From Nitrospirota bacterium (GTDB lineage: Bacteria; Nitrospirota; UBA9217), in assembly GCA_035623825.1 (NCBI GenBank), contig DASPSR010000024.1:1-64000 (forward strand): DNA of 64,000 nucleotides, given 5' to 3'. The position numbers and the translations under genes were made by a program. Below, piece after piece: positions 1-9,923 of the stretch (position 1 is the first letter of the stretch; the number at the start of each line of letters is the position of its first letter). The notes under the pieces are model-generated. The model ran no database searches and was not told where the DNA came from. It worked only from the letters and a program-made list of their open reading frames with translations.

Positions 1-309
1 CAGATAGGCCTGAAGTCTAGGCGCTAGCTGCGAACCCAAATACACACCGTATGTCTGTGTGAAATCGCTCCCTTTGCCGTCAGTGGTCCTGAAGCTGTTC
101 GGTCCCTCATAGGGGCTCGAGAACGCCGGCACGTTCTGGTATACCCCATTGAACTGCATGCCGACAACCTTAGGCGCCCAGTCCGGTTCGGGCGCAGTTT
201 CTGCAAATGCCGAACATGCAAAAAGCAGTATTATGCTCAGAAAAACACATTTATTTAGAAATCGACACAAAAAAGGAACAATTCTAAAGAAGTCCATAAT
301 TCGCATCAT
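1..309 (-). CDS. OprB-family outer-membrane porin (MnoP/high-affinity Mn2+ porin-like), 5' part; runs off the window
   Basis: Not in the ORF track. Manual translation from ATG 309: MMRIMDFFRIVPFLCRFLNKCVFLSIILLFACSAFA-ETAPEPDWAPKVVGMQFNGVYQNVPAFSSPYEGPNSFRTTDGKGSDFTQTYGVYLGSQLAPRLQAYL. It has a signal peptide and the 'Q..P.F.SPY.G.NS...T...G.YLG' N-terminal motif typical of this porin group. Confidence 0.7.
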   Translation of the reverse strand, partial: MMRIMDFFRIVPFLCRFLNKCVFLSIILLFACSAFAETAPEPDWAPKVVGMQFNGVYQNVPAFSSPYEGPNSFRTTDGKGSDFTQTYGVYLGSQLAPRLQAYL

Positions 310-492
310 CCGCAGAGCAAGATTTTACGCTTACATTGTATTGATATTCATATTAAAGATGTAAACGATAAAAAGACTGGTCCCAACTTTAAAAATCACA
401 CGATATTGTCCCAATCGCATCTTTTATCGACCTTTATATCCAGAATTTCTTATTCATTCTCAATTTTATTCCTTAGCCGAGATAATTTTGAT

Positions 493-511
493 ATTGATAA
501 CCATTTTCATT
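493..511. promoter_or_regulatory. Fur-family operator box
   Basis: ATTGATAACCATTTTCATT matches the 7-1-7 TGATAAT-N-ATTATCA inverted repeat. It sits within further GATAAT hexamers (481-517), just downstream of the porin -10 element. Confidence 0.7.
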
Positions 512-518
512 ATTATCT

Positions 519-547
519 TTTATACTGGGTATTGAATCGAATGTCAA
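519..547 (-). promoter_or_regulatory. sigma70 promoter for the porin gene
   Basis: Minus strand TTGACA-N17-TATAAA. Confidence 0.7.
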
Positions 548-751
548 GCGTTTTTTCATCAGATTTTTTGGCGGATCTCTAACTCGTGCTCGACGTGAGT
601 AAAGTCCGCTTTATCAATTTCAATTTGAGTGATTGAAGATTTCGAAGAATGATAATACAACAAGACCAGGGGAAAAGCCTGTGATCCAAAGTTACGACTA
701 TTCAGCATCCGGATACTTGTTGCGAGCCCCAGCCCAGGAAGCTATGCAACT

Positions 752-785
752 AAAAATGCCCTTCGGATTTTCACTCCGAAGGGCA
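752..785 (-). terminator. Intrinsic terminator downstream of the histidine kinase
   Basis: Minus strand TGCCCTTCGGA-GTGAAAA-TCCGAAGGGCA followed by TTTTT. Confidence 0.7.
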
Positions 786-998
786 AAGCAAATAACGGTT
801 ACATTCCCTAAAAAATAGGATATAGATTGATGGATTGAAAAAATAGAGAGCAGATTCACATACACAGAGACTTTATCCAGAAATTACGTCTGATTAATTT
901 CGTGCTAAATTTTTGTTTAGTACACCCACGATTGTACAGTGGCGATTTATAACCCAGAGATGCAGAATACGTGTTAAAAATTTATCCGGGAGTAGCAT

Positions 999-2567
999 TT
1001 ACATGCTCCGCTCCTTCGGTATTGGGTCGACCAACCGTGCGTATCGATCGGCGGCCGGCTTTACCGAAAGGGGGAGCTTTATGCTAACGCACGTACCTCC
1101 ATCTCCCGTGACCGTGACCGTGACCGTGACCGTACCGTGCATCTGAGCGATACGGGTCATTATATTTCCGACACCGCGGCCTTTACCCATGAGTGCGCTT
1201 TGCTTGAATCCTCGCCCGTCATCCTGGATCGTGAGAACGAGATTGTCATTGTCGATCTGAAGGGTCACCGCGACATTCGTAGCCTTCGCGTGCTTAATGG
1301 TATTCATAAGAGCTTCTTGGTATATCCGGAGCAGATTCAAACATAAGTGGCTACCTGGATTCGTAACGTTATCCCTTACATCGGACGTGATGGTAAATGC
1401 AATCGCGTGGGGCTCGAGAAACTTCATGCCCTGGCTTCGTAATTCGATGGCAAAAGAGTGCCAGTTGAGGTCTTCTCTGTCTAGACTATACATGAGGTTG
1501 CGTATCTCTCCCATCCCTTCCCGTGCAAGGTCTGAGATTGTTTTGAGCGCCTTCTCAATATCCTCCAGACTGGATGCTTTCCTTGCTACTTCAGAGAGCA
1601 GTGAGATGTTCGTAGTTATGCCTCCGATGCCATCATGAATATCCATGAGCACTTTATCCATCGCCCGTTGCAAGCTTTTTTGTTCAATGCGTTCCTCTTC
1701 AAATTGCCTCTGCTCGGTGATGTCTACACCAATCCCGCCGACGTATCGTTGACCAGAGGTATCCTGGAAAGGGAATTTGACGATCCACCAGAAAGATCGT
1801 TCCCCGTTACGCTCTGTCGCTTCTTCCACGACCTCTATGGGTTGGCCACCATGAAGGACCTTAAGATCGTTCTTCCGGAACTGGTCGGCAATTTCCAGGG
1901 GCCAGATTTCGCTATCTGTTTTTCCTCGCACACCTTCGAACCGAATGTCGAACCGTTTTTCAAAGGTCTTACTAATATAGGCATAACGGCCCTCTTCGTC
2001 CTTCATCCAGGCAATCGAGGGACTGTTATCCATAAAAGCCCTGAATCGCTCTTCGCTTTCCTCTAACGCCATCTGGATCCGCTTGCGTTCAGTGATGTCA
2101 ATCGCAACGATCGCGACCTTCGAAATGTTTCCGGCTTCATCAAAAATCGGCGAAAATATATGGTCGTTCCATACACCGGCCCGTTCGTCCTCAAAGCGAA
2201 CCGCTTTTTTCGTTGTCAAAACTCGATCCAGGTAAGCCCTTCGTCGCGAAGCGACATCGGCGGGGATGAGGTCCCAGGCAGATTTTCCGACAATATCCAA
2301 CCGGCTCCTGCCAAATCGGCGTACCACAGTCTCGTTGACATCTAGAACAATTCCGTCAGGAGAGATCAGAATGGTCACGGCATGAGGAATGTTCAGGAGC
2401 TCACGAGCCATGGCCTCGCTTTTATGCAACTGGTCGGCCATTCCATCCGATTGTGGGCTGTTTTCTGCCGTATGGGCTTTGGGATCTGCCTGTGCATGCT
2501 TTTCCGCTGATGGGTGTTTTTTGGTATAGTTTGTACTTCTCCCTTGTTTATTTCCCGTTTTTTTCAT
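999..2567 (-). CDS. Soluble PAS-PAS sensor histidine kinase (HisKA_3/NarX-UhpB type)
   Basis: Two PAS/PAC units ending DITERK/DITEQR; H-box DIHDGIGG; N-box QEALMNTIKHA; G boxes DDGRGF and GRGV; no TM segment. Confidence 0.9.
   Translation of the reverse strand: MKKTGNKQGRSTNYTKKHPSAEKHAQADPKAHTAENSPQSDGMADQLHKSEAMARELLNIPHAVTILISPDGIVLDVNETVVRRFGRSRLDIVGKSAWDLIPADVASRRRAYLDRVLTTKKAVRFEDERAGVWNDHIFSPIFDEAGNISKVAIVAIDITERKRIQMALEESEERFRAFMDNSPSIAWMKDEEGRYAYISKTFEKRFDIRFEGVRGKTDSEIWPLEIADQFRKNDLKVLHGGQPIEVVEEATERNGERSFWWIVKFPFQDTSGQRYVGGIGVDITEQRQFEEERIEQKSLQRAMDKVLMDIHDGIGGITTNISLLSEVARKASSLEDIEKALKTISDLAREGMGEIRNLMYSLDREDLNWHSFAIELRSQGMKFLEPHAIAFTITSDVRDNVTNPGSHLCLNLLRIYQEALMNTIKHAKATNVAVTLQIDNDNLVLTIQDDGRGFKQSALMGKGRGVGNIMTRIAQMHGTVTVTVTVTGDGGTCVSIKLPLSVKPAADRYARLVDPIPKERSM
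1106..1133. repeat. In-frame hexamer tandem repeat (CCGTGA)x4.7
   Basis: ccgtga x4 + ccgt; encodes TVTVTVTVT in the kinase ATPase domain. Confidence 0.9.
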
Positions 2568-3121
2568 TTTGGATTCTCCAGACAGCCTGAAATCGCCGTT
2601 TCTGCGTTAGAAGCATGTCGTTACTCTCCAAAATATATTATCAATGATAGTATACGCGTCCCGTTGACCTCTATCCAGTAAATTCGTAAGAACGCCGAAA
2701 GTCACGACAGAAAATTATTAGTGCCCATTCACACGATGAAACGACAAAAAAGTTTTGCTCTTATACTGTATCATATCGTTTCCATTTCATGCACCGAGCT
2801 ATCATTAAATAAGACTAATCAAGGACGTAAAAATTTCATTTTTTAATGTGCAGGTTATCCTTTTTTTTAAAAATATATGCAAGATAAGGGGGTGTCAACA
2901 ATAATGAAAGGGTATTTTAAGGGTATAACAAAAAAAATGCTGAATCTGACCTGATAAGTTTAAATTAGCTTATTGTAGGAGGTAGACAAGAAACATGGCA
3001 ACCTCCTGTCTGTTAAAGTTTATTTAGCGAAATAAACCTCTCAGGGGAAAGGAGAGTTTGCCATGTTTTGATAATGAAGATAGCAAAGGGTACAACAAAT
3101 GCCATGACCCCTTGATAAGTT

Positions 3122-3164
3122 TGGTAGCGGGAAGAGGATTTGAACCTCTGACTTTCGGGTTATG
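3122..3164 (-). pseudogene. 3' half of initiator tRNA-Met(CAT); att-site scar
   Basis: Minus strand CATAACCCGAAAGTCAGAGGTTCAAATCCTCTTCCCGCTACCA runs from the anticodon CAT through the T-arm (GGTTCAAATCC) to CCA. No D-arm or 5' acceptor strand lies upstream. Confidence 0.85.
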
Positions 3165-3259
3165 CTTGTATGTGTAGATCGCTGTCGTTATCTGTTAAAA
3201 TCATAGAATATGCCTTGAAATCGATGGTTTTTTGCTCTGTTGGAAGGGGATGCGGAAAG

Positions 3260-3787
3260 CTAACGAAGGTTTAGAGGGAGGCCTGTTTTCCCTAGCCTCT
3301 TCAGGAGTACCTCCCCCGTGTGGGGATAAAAAAGGATCTTTCGTCCCCCGTTCCCGCCGATATCCATGGCGAGAAGTGTGAGGCCTTCCTGCTTAAGAAT
3401 TTTTCGGGCTGCTTGTATGTTCTCCCGGCCGATCGAGACTGCTTCCCGGGTTTTATCGTTGTTCCGGGAGAACAGCTCAGCCCCCCCGAAGCATTTGACT
3501 TCAATCTCGCTTCGTTTGGCGCCTAACCCCTCGAACTGTTTCACCATCCTAAGGATCGAACAATCCACATACTTGAAGCCGCTTTTGCAGGCCTCGATAC
3601 ACTGTTTCATGTAGCTGCAGGTAGGCATGAGCCCATGGCAGATGCCACCGACTCCGAGACGCCGGGAAAACATCGTGACGGAAAGACACGAGCCTAAGAT
3701 CGTAACGATGACAGACGGTCTATCGGTAACTTGTATTTCTCCGACCTTGAGGTATCGGACAGGAAGCCGCATGGTTCCGATATTCAT
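3260..3787 (-). CDS. cheD: Chemoreceptor glutamine deamidase CheD
   Basis: Motifs TILGSCLSV, GICHGLMP, KYVD, KCFGGA, IGREN and DIGGNGGR. The start is ATG 3787 overlapping the cheR stop; the longer ORF-track frame is read-through upstream. Confidence 0.9.
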   Translation of the reverse strand: MNIGTMRLPVRYLKVGEIQVTDRPSVIVTILGSCLSVTMFSRRLGVGGICHGLMPTCSYMKQCIEACKSGFKYVDCSILRMVKQFEGLGAKRSEIEVKCFGGAELFSRNNDKTREAVSIGRENIQAARKILKQEGLTLLAMDIGGNGGRKILFYPHTGEVLLKRLGKTGLPLNLR

Positions 3788-4692
3788 AGGACCTTCCTGT
3801 AGATCGTGGACGCAATGCGCACAAGAGGAAGCGCGAATCCGTGCACCGTTTCTGAGTGTCCGAGAAAAAGATGTCCTCCGGTCTTGAGGGAACGGCAGAG
3901 CCGTTCCAAGAGAATCTCTTGATATAGCCGCTCGAAATATATGATTACGTTCCGGCAGAAGATCACGTCTAGGGGCTCCGGCAGCGAAAAGTCTTCGCTT
4001 ACGAGGTTGGCCTGCTTGAAGCGGACTTGATGCCGCAGCTCCGGTACGATCCGTACAAGTCCTTTGCTCCGGTCTTTGCTCCGCATGATGTATTTTTTCT
4101 TCATCTGTTCCGGAACCATCGCAACGCGCTCTTCTTCGTAAATTCCCAACCGGGCCTTGTCGAGGACCCTCGTCGAGATATCCGTGGCAAGTACCGAAAA
4201 TCGGAAGCCGGCATGCAATTCCGCATAATCGCCGAGCACCATGGAGAGCGTATACGGCTCTTCGCCTGAGGAGCAGCCGGCGCTCCACAGACTGAAAGTT
4301 CTCTCCGTCATCGCTTCGTTGGCTTTATCAAACTGTGGCAGGACGACATCTCTGAGGTAGTGAAAGTGGGCAGGTTCCCGGAAGAAATCAGTCTTGTTTG
4401 TTGTGACGGCATTGATCATCTGTGAGGTCTCCTCGTCGCTCTCGAGGGAGTTGAAGAGCCGCTCACAGTACTCGTCGAAGGAATGCATGCCGAGGGATCG
4501 AAGCCGCTTTTGTAGCCGCGCCTCGAGCATGACCTTCTTCCCCGGCGGAAGCCTGATCCCTACCTGTTGCCTGATGAACTCACTGAGCCGCTTGAAATGC
4601 TGTGCGGTCATGGGAGGAGCGCACTGAGGCGTTCCTTCCGGCTCAGTCACCGCAGTAAATGACATCTGTGCCTTGCCGTGCTTCCCGATCAT
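3784..4692 (-). CDS. cheR: Chemotaxis protein methyltransferase CheR
   Basis: TTNKTDFFRE, WSAGCSSGEEPYT, ATDIS, DVIFCRNVIIYF, LFLGHSE. Confidence 0.95.
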   Translation of the reverse strand: MIGKHGKAQMSFTAVTEPEGTPQCAPPMTAQHFKRLSEFIRQQVGIRLPPGKKVMLEARLQKRLRSLGMHSFDEYCERLFNSLESDEETSQMINAVTTNKTDFFREPAHFHYLRDVVLPQFDKANEAMTERTFSLWSAGCSSGEEPYTLSMVLGDYAELHAGFRFSVLATDISTRVLDKARLGIYEEERVAMVPEQMKKKYIMRSKDRSKGLVRIVPELRHQVRFKQANLVSEDFSLPEPLDVIFCRNVIIYFERLYQEILLERLCRSLKTGGHLFLGHSETVHGFALPLVRIASTIYRKVL

Positions 4693-5204
4693 ACGGTTTT
4701 AGCGGCGTTCCTTTTCTCCTGATCCTGTACCGCCCTCACCATGGAGAACTGCTCGGTGGAAAATATCCTGTCGATTTCGAGAATGATGATGAATGAGTTA
4801 TCCCTCATCGCTATTCCCCGGATGAATTCGGTGTTAAGACGCATGCCGATGCGGGGTGCCGGTTCGATGCGGTCGGCCTCAAAGTCCAGCACCTCTTGAA
4901 CTGCATCCGCAAGCACACCGAGGACCGAGGTCTCGTCGTCCACGGTCACTTCAGTGATGATGATACAGGTGTTAATGGTCCTTTCGGTCTTTGACAGTCC
5001 CAACATGAGGCGCAAATCCACGACCGGCACAACGTTTCCCCGCAGGTTGCTCACACCGCGCATGAACTCAGGTGTCCGCGGCACCTTCGTCACCGGTATA
5101 AAATCCAGCACCTCGCGTATCTTCGTTATGTTCAGGGCGAAGACCTCATCGCCGAGCTTGAATGTCAGAAATTGGGTCGTCTCCATGATGCCTGCATCGG
5201 CCAT
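4689..5204 (-). CDS. cheW: Chemotaxis coupling protein CheW
   Basis: QFLTFKLGDEVFAL, TKVPRTPEFMRGVSNLRGNVVPVVDLR. Confidence 0.95.
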   Translation of the reverse strand: MADAGIMETTQFLTFKLGDEVFALNITKIREVLDFIPVTKVPRTPEFMRGVSNLRGNVVPVVDLRLMLGLSKTERTINTCIIITEVTVDDETSVLGVLADAVQEVLDFEADRIEPAPRIGMRLNTEFIRGIAMRDNSFIIILEIDRIFSTEQFSMVRAVQDQEKRNAAKTV

Positions 5205-5308
5205 CGGAACCTCCCGTTACGCATTTAGGATATCAGCAGCCGAACAGTGACGCGGACTGAGACGCCCTTACGGGCATTCCGGGTCCCGTGTTCTCCGTTC
5301 TTCATCAT

Positions 5309-7024
5309 TCAGAATCTCTCAAACTCTGCATCCATTGAGTCGCCGTTCCCTTTCCCGGCGCCCCTATCCATGTCGAGGGATACGGCAGTCGGCTTGACAA
5401 AGCGCTCCGCCCTGGCTTCCTGTCGCTTCTCGGGAAGAAGCTCGAAGTTGGCCCGGCGGGATACGGCAGGATTCACCCGTGACGTCATATGCTCCAGCCT
5501 TTGTTTCGGCGTGCCGTCATCGCTTACCTTGAAGAACGCAACGGTGCTCTGGAGCTGCTCCGCCTGCGAAGCAAGCTCTTCCGCCGTCGATGCAATATCC
5601 TCCGTTGCTCCGGCATTCTGCTGAACGACCTCGTTCAGTTGCTGGATCGCTCCGTTGATCTGGTTGGCGCCGACCGCCTGTTCCCTGGATGCCGAGCTGA
5701 TCTCCTGAACGAGCTCCGCCGTCTTCTGGATGTCCGGGACCAGTTTCGCCAGCATGGCGCCGGCGCGTTCAGCGACCTCCACACTCGAGACCGACAGCCT
5801 GCTGATCTCCGCTGCCGCCACCTGACTGCGTTCGGCAAGCTTCCTGACTTCCGCCGCCACTACGGCGAAACCCTTACCATGCTCGCCAGCTCGTGCCGCC
5901 TCGATTGCTGCATTCAGGGCCAGAAGGTTCGTCTGGCGGGCAATCTCTTCGATGATCGAAATCTTCTTCACGATGTCCTTCATGGCGGTGACCGCTTCGG
6001 ACACGGCTTTGCCGTTCTCCATTGCATCGCTAGAGCTCTTTAATGCGATCTTCTCGGTCTGCATGGAGTTGTCCGCATTTTGCTTAATCGTTGCGTTCAT
6101 CTCCTCAACGGCTGACGACGCCTCCTCGGCGGACGCCGCCTGCTCCGTTGTTCCCTGGGACATCTGCTCTGCTCCAGCGGATAACTGCTGGCTGCCCGCG
6201 GCCACGTTGTCTGAAGCGCTCTTCACATCGGCAACCACCGATCGGAGCCGTTCGACCATATTCTTCATGGAAGCGAGCAGCTGCCCCGTTTCGTCATTGC
6301 TTGTTACCGCGATCTCCTGCGTCAGATCGCCCTCGGCGAGACTGTTCGAAGCCCGCACGGCCTGAGCGAGTGCGCGGTTCACGCTTCTTACCAGCAGTAC
6401 ACTTGTCATGACGATGACAGCAGTGATCAGAACGGTAACCAGCACGTACTTTCTCACCTCGGCCAGGAACACCGCCTGAATGTCATCAAGGTAGATCCCC
6501 GAACCGATCACCCACTGCCAGGGTGCGAACCCCTTGACATAGGACACCTTGGGCACGGGCTCCTGAAAGTTCGGCTTTGGCCACAGGTAGTCGACAAATC
6601 CAGCCCCGTCCGCCTTCACCGCGTCAACGAATGCCACGAAAAGCCTCTTCCCGTTGGGGTCCTTGTAGTCCGTGATGTCCTTGCCATCAAGCTCGGGCTT
6701 GTAAGGGTGCATTACCATGTTGGGATGCATGTCATTGATCCAGAAATACTCCTTTCCCTCGTACCGCAGCGTCTTGATGAGCTGAACCGCGGCACGCTGT
6801 GCCTCGGCCGCGGTCATATGTCCTTCGGCGGCGAGCCGCTGGTAGTATTCCAGGACGCCGTAGGCCGACTCAACCAAGTGCCGGGTCTTCACCTTCCGGT
6901 CCTCAAAGAGCTCGCGCTTCATGTTGGCGAGCGAGAGGATGACGACGACAACGATGCCAGCCGTCATCAGTGCCGTAATGAACAAGATCCTGCCCCGCAA
7001 TGTGAAGTTCCGAAAGAATTTCAT
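5309..7024 (-). CDS. Methyl-accepting chemotaxis protein with sCache_2 sensor
   Basis: TM1, Cache motif ([27 protein letters not shown]), TM2, HAMP, and MA hairpin [30 protein letters not shown]; C-terminal pentapeptide EFERF. Start ATG 7024 follows AAGGAG. Confidence 0.95.
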   Translation of the reverse strand: MKFFRNFTLRGRILFITALMTAGIVVVVILSLANMKRELFEDRKVKTRHLVESAYGVLEYYQRLAAEGHMTAAEAQRAAVQLIKTLRYEGKEYFWINDMHPNMVMHPYKPELDGKDITDYKDPNGKRLFVAFVDAVKADGAGFVDYLWPKPNFQEPVPKVSYVKGFAPWQWVIGSGIYLDDIQAVFLAEVRKYVLVTVLITAVIVMTSVLLVRSVNRALAQAVRASNSLAEGDLTQEIAVTSNDETGQLLASMKNMVERLRSVVADVKSASDNVAAGSQQLSAGAEQMSQGTTEQAASAEEASSAVEEMNATIKQNADNSMQTEKIALKSSSDAMENGKAVSEAVTAMKDIVKKISIIEEIARQTNLLALNAAIEAARAGEHGKGFAVVAAEVRKLAERSQVAAAEISRLSVSSVEVAERAGAMLAKLVPDIQKTAELVQEISSASREQAVGANQINGAIQQLNEVVQQNAGATEDIASTAEELASQAEQLQSTVAFFKVSDDGTPKQRLEHMTSRVNPAVSRRANFELLPEKRQEARAERFVKPTAVSLDMDRGAGKGNGDSMDAEFERF

Positions 7025-7083
7025 AGGCATCTCCTTTTTTGTCTCTGTCCGTCCCCTGTTCGACTTCCAGTCGTATTCCACCG

Positions 7084-9222
7084 TCATGCAGCTGACCCGC
7101 CTACGGCCATCGGCTCCTCGCGTCCCGCTGCCTGCACCAACCTCGCCACATCGAGGATGAGCGCCACGGTCCCTTCACCGAGGATCGTGGCGCCGGAGAT
7201 GCCCTCCAAACCTCGGTAGAAGGCCCCCAGGTTCTTGACGACCGTCTGGTGGCTGCCGACCACATGGTCCACGACGAAACCGACGCGCATATTCTCAACC
7301 TTGACGATCACGATCTGTTCGATTGCCGGCGGCTCGCCACCGAGTTGGAACTGGTCGCGCAGCCGGATATAGGGGACGAGGTGGCCGCGGACGTTGATCA
7401 CATTCCTTCCGCCGCTTACGGCCTCCTGCCGACGGTCCAGTTCCACGCACTCCTCCACGATGGCGAGCGGGAATATATAGTGCTCGGCGCAGACATTAGT
7501 CAGGAAGCCGTCGATGATCGCGAGGGTCAAGGGCATCCGGAGCGTGATCGTCGTCCCGCTGCCGGGCTCACTTGTAATCTCGATCGTGCCTCGAAGGGCA
7601 TCGATAGAGCGTTTGACGACATCGAGGCCGACACCTCGGCCGGAGACGCTTGTGACCATCTTCGCCGTCGAGAATCCCGGCATAAGAATAAACCCGAGTA
7701 GCTCCTTGTCCGGAAGCCTTGCCCCGGCCGTTATCAGACCCTGTTCGATCGCTTTGGCGCGGACCGTCTTTAGATCTATGCCGGCGCCGTCGTCCCGGAT
7801 CTGTATGATGACGCTTGCATTCGCGTGTGCGGCGGCGAGATTGATCGTGCCGCGCCTCGGCTTTCCCGCGGCATTCCGCGCCTCGGGCTGCTCGATTCCG
7901 TGGTCGATGCTGTTGCGGAGAAGATGGACAAGTGGATCGCTTAGCTTTTCAATCACAGTCTTGTCCAGTTCTGTATCGGCGCCGGTGGTCACCAAATCGA
8001 CCTCCTTGCCGAGTTCGGCGGAGAGGTCCCGAACGAGCCGGGTGAACATGCTAAACGTGGTCCCGATCGGCAGCATACGGATGCTCATCGTGTTGTCCCG
8101 AAGCTCGGCGGTCAGCCGTTCCATATCTTCGGCGATAGACAGGAGATCGTCTCCACCACGGGCAAGGGCACTCTGACTGAGCCGCGCCTGAGCCGTCACG
8201 AGTTCCCCGACGAGGTTCACGAGTCGATCGAGACGTTCGGTCGATACTCGTATGCTCGAGGCCGGCTCGGAACCTCGGCGCTTTTCCCGAAGTTCTCGTA
8301 CGAACTGCTGCTCGATGAGAGCGGACTGTACCTTGCTTTTGCTCACCACGCCGCTCTCAGTGAGCATGTCACCCACGCGTTTTTGCGACCCCAGCACTTT
8401 CATGAGATCTTCGGAGGAAATGTCGCCTCGCTCCAGGAGAATCTCACCGACCTTTTTATAGGAGCCGTCCCCTTCAGTGTCGCCTTCCCCATCGATGACG
8501 TCGATCGTGAGCTCACGGTCATCCTTGACGAACGGGAACAAGTCGCGGATCGCTTTGAGTCCCCGGGACGTCGACAGAATGGCATCCCACGGGGTGTAGC
8601 GCTTATCGGGCTGATGGCCTTCGATGCAGGGGATGTTCTCCGTATGAGGCACGACCTTGCACGGTCCGAGCTCGCCAAGCTGCTGCATCAGACTGATGGG
8701 GTCACTGAGCCTCGTGGCAATGTCCTGTTGAGGTCGAAATCGTATGCGGTAGATGACGGATTGCGCGTTTTCTGATTTCTTTGCCGCTTGCGAATCACCA
8801 GCCTGCGGAGCTTTGGCGGCCCCCTTCCCTGAGCCCTCCGCGGTCAGTCCCTTGAGCATCTCCACGATTTCCTGGGACTTTGATGGATCGGCGGTGCCGC
8901 CTTTGTAATAGACATCGAGCATGGCCCTGATCTGATCGCTGGCCGCAAGGATCGTATCGATGATCGCGCGGGTGGCTCTGAGCTTCCCCTTCCGCACCAT
9001 GTCGAACCCCGTCTCCACATCGTTGACGAACGAGGCAATGTCACGGAAACCGCATGCCGCGCCGGAGCCCTTGAGGGTGTGCGTGGCCCGGAAAGCCCTA
9101 GCGACCAAGTCCATATCGTCGGGGACCTTTTCAAGCTCCAGGAGGGTCGATTCGAGTTCGACAAGCAGCTCATAAGCCTCCTCCTTGAATGTCTGCCTGA
9201 GTTGATTAACGATGTCATCCAC
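7084..9222 (-). CDS. cheA: Chemotaxis histidine kinase CheA
   Basis: HPt HTLKGSG; dimerisation domain [11 protein letters not shown]; HATPase [13 protein letters not shown] and [16 protein letters not shown]; C-terminal CheW domain; GTG start after GGGGAG. Confidence 0.95.
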   Translation of the reverse strand: MDDIVNQLRQTFKEEAYELLVELESTLLELEKVPDDMDLVARAFRATHTLKGSGAACGFRDIASFVNDVETGFDMVRKGKLRATRAIIDTILAASDQIRAMLDVYYKGGTADPSKSQEIVEMLKGLTAEGSGKGAAKAPQAGDSQAAKKSENAQSVIYRIRFRPQQDIATRLSDPISLMQQLGELGPCKVVPHTENIPCIEGHQPDKRYTPWDAILSTSRGLKAIRDLFPFVKDDRELTIDVIDGEGDTEGDGSYKKVGEILLERGDISSEDLMKVLGSQKRVGDMLTESGVVSKSKVQSALIEQQFVRELREKRRGSEPASSIRVSTERLDRLVNLVGELVTAQARLSQSALARGGDDLLSIAEDMERLTAELRDNTMSIRMLPIGTTFSMFTRLVRDLSAELGKEVDLVTTGADTELDKTVIEKLSDPLVHLLRNSIDHGIEQPEARNAAGKPRRGTINLAAAHANASVIIQIRDDGAGIDLKTVRAKAIEQGLITAGARLPDKELLGFILMPGFSTAKMVTSVSGRGVGLDVVKRSIDALRGTIEITSEPGSGTTITLRMPLTLAIIDGFLTNVCAEHYIFPLAIVEECVELDRRQEAVSGGRNVINVRGHLVPYIRLRDQFQLGGEPPAIEQIVIVKVENMRVGFVVDHVVGSHQTVVKNLGAFYRGLEGISGATILGEGTVALILDVARLVQAAGREEPMAVGGSAA

Positions 9223-9344
9223 GATTCGTCTCCCCGGAAGCCCCAGACCCTCTGCCCGCTTGCGGCAGTAGAGCCCTGCCTCGGTGCTTAATCTGTCCCT
9301 CTTTTTCGGACCGTAAACCAGTTACTAGTGATAACCCTGCTTTA

Positions 9345-9470
9345 TCAATCAGAGCCTTTTTCAGTATCTATCTGTTGCATATCGTCTGCGTAGCGGAGAA
9401 GCGCTAATTCATCTTCAAGCGTGTCTCGGTTTCGGGTTCTACGATCATCACTTTTACCGGCATATTTCAT
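9345..9470 (-). CDS. Small hypothetical protein (41 aa), first ORF of the chemotaxis transcript
   Basis: MKYAGKSDDRRTRNRDTLEDELALLRYADDMQQIDTEKGSD, with RBS GAAGGGG, between the sigma54 promoter and cheA. Confidence 0.35.
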   Translation of the reverse strand: MKYAGKSDDRRTRNRDTLEDELALLRYADDMQQIDTEKGSD

Positions 9471-9526
9471 TTCCCCTTCTGAAATCTATTTCTGCATGTC
9501 TGCACAGAATAAGATAGAAAATGACG

Positions 9527-9542
9527 AGCAATAACCATGCCG
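9527..9542 (-). promoter_or_regulatory. sigma54 (-24/-12) promoter of the chemotaxis operon
   Basis: Minus strand CGGCATGGTTATTGCT = GG-N10-GC. Confidence 0.7.
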
Positions 9543-9923
9543 CGAAAAAAGCTAAATAAATTGAATGGTTATTTGGCAAAAAGGGGTCCAGATTCAGTCA
9601 GAAAACCTGCATTGACGGATTCCTGACGTTTGTACGCTTGATGTAAAAATCGGACTTATCGAGGCTATTATCGAGTCGGTCGTTGATTCTCTTGTCCCAT
9701 GATCTGAGCACAAATCATGTGGCCGCAAATTTTCGGGGGTAGATTCGCTTTTCCGTCAGTTTTCAGAGGAGCTTTTCACCGGGATCGGGTTCGTGCTGCA
9801 CTGCCTGTTCTGCCTTTTAGCTCACCATCTTTCGTCTCCGGTGATAAGCAGCTGGCACGGGAAGCCGTTATATATCGAGTGAAATTCTCAGCGCATTGGC
9901 TATGCGAATCCGCTGTAAACACA

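Noticed and set aside
648-745. Possible GEMM or cobalamin riboswitch (GATAATAC...GGAAAAGCCTGTG)
   Set aside because: No P2 stem or B12-box could be built, and there is no plus-strand gene downstream.
3122-3164. Functional tRNA-Met gene
   Set aside because: Only the anticodon-to-CCA half is present; there is no D-arm or 5' acceptor strand.
3788-4288. Long N-terminal extension of CheD (342-aa ORF)
   Set aside because: It overlaps cheR in another frame; the real start is the ATGA overlap at 3787.
9852-9868. sigma54-like TGGCACG
   Set aside because: There is no -12 GC at the right spacing and no gene downstream on that strand.
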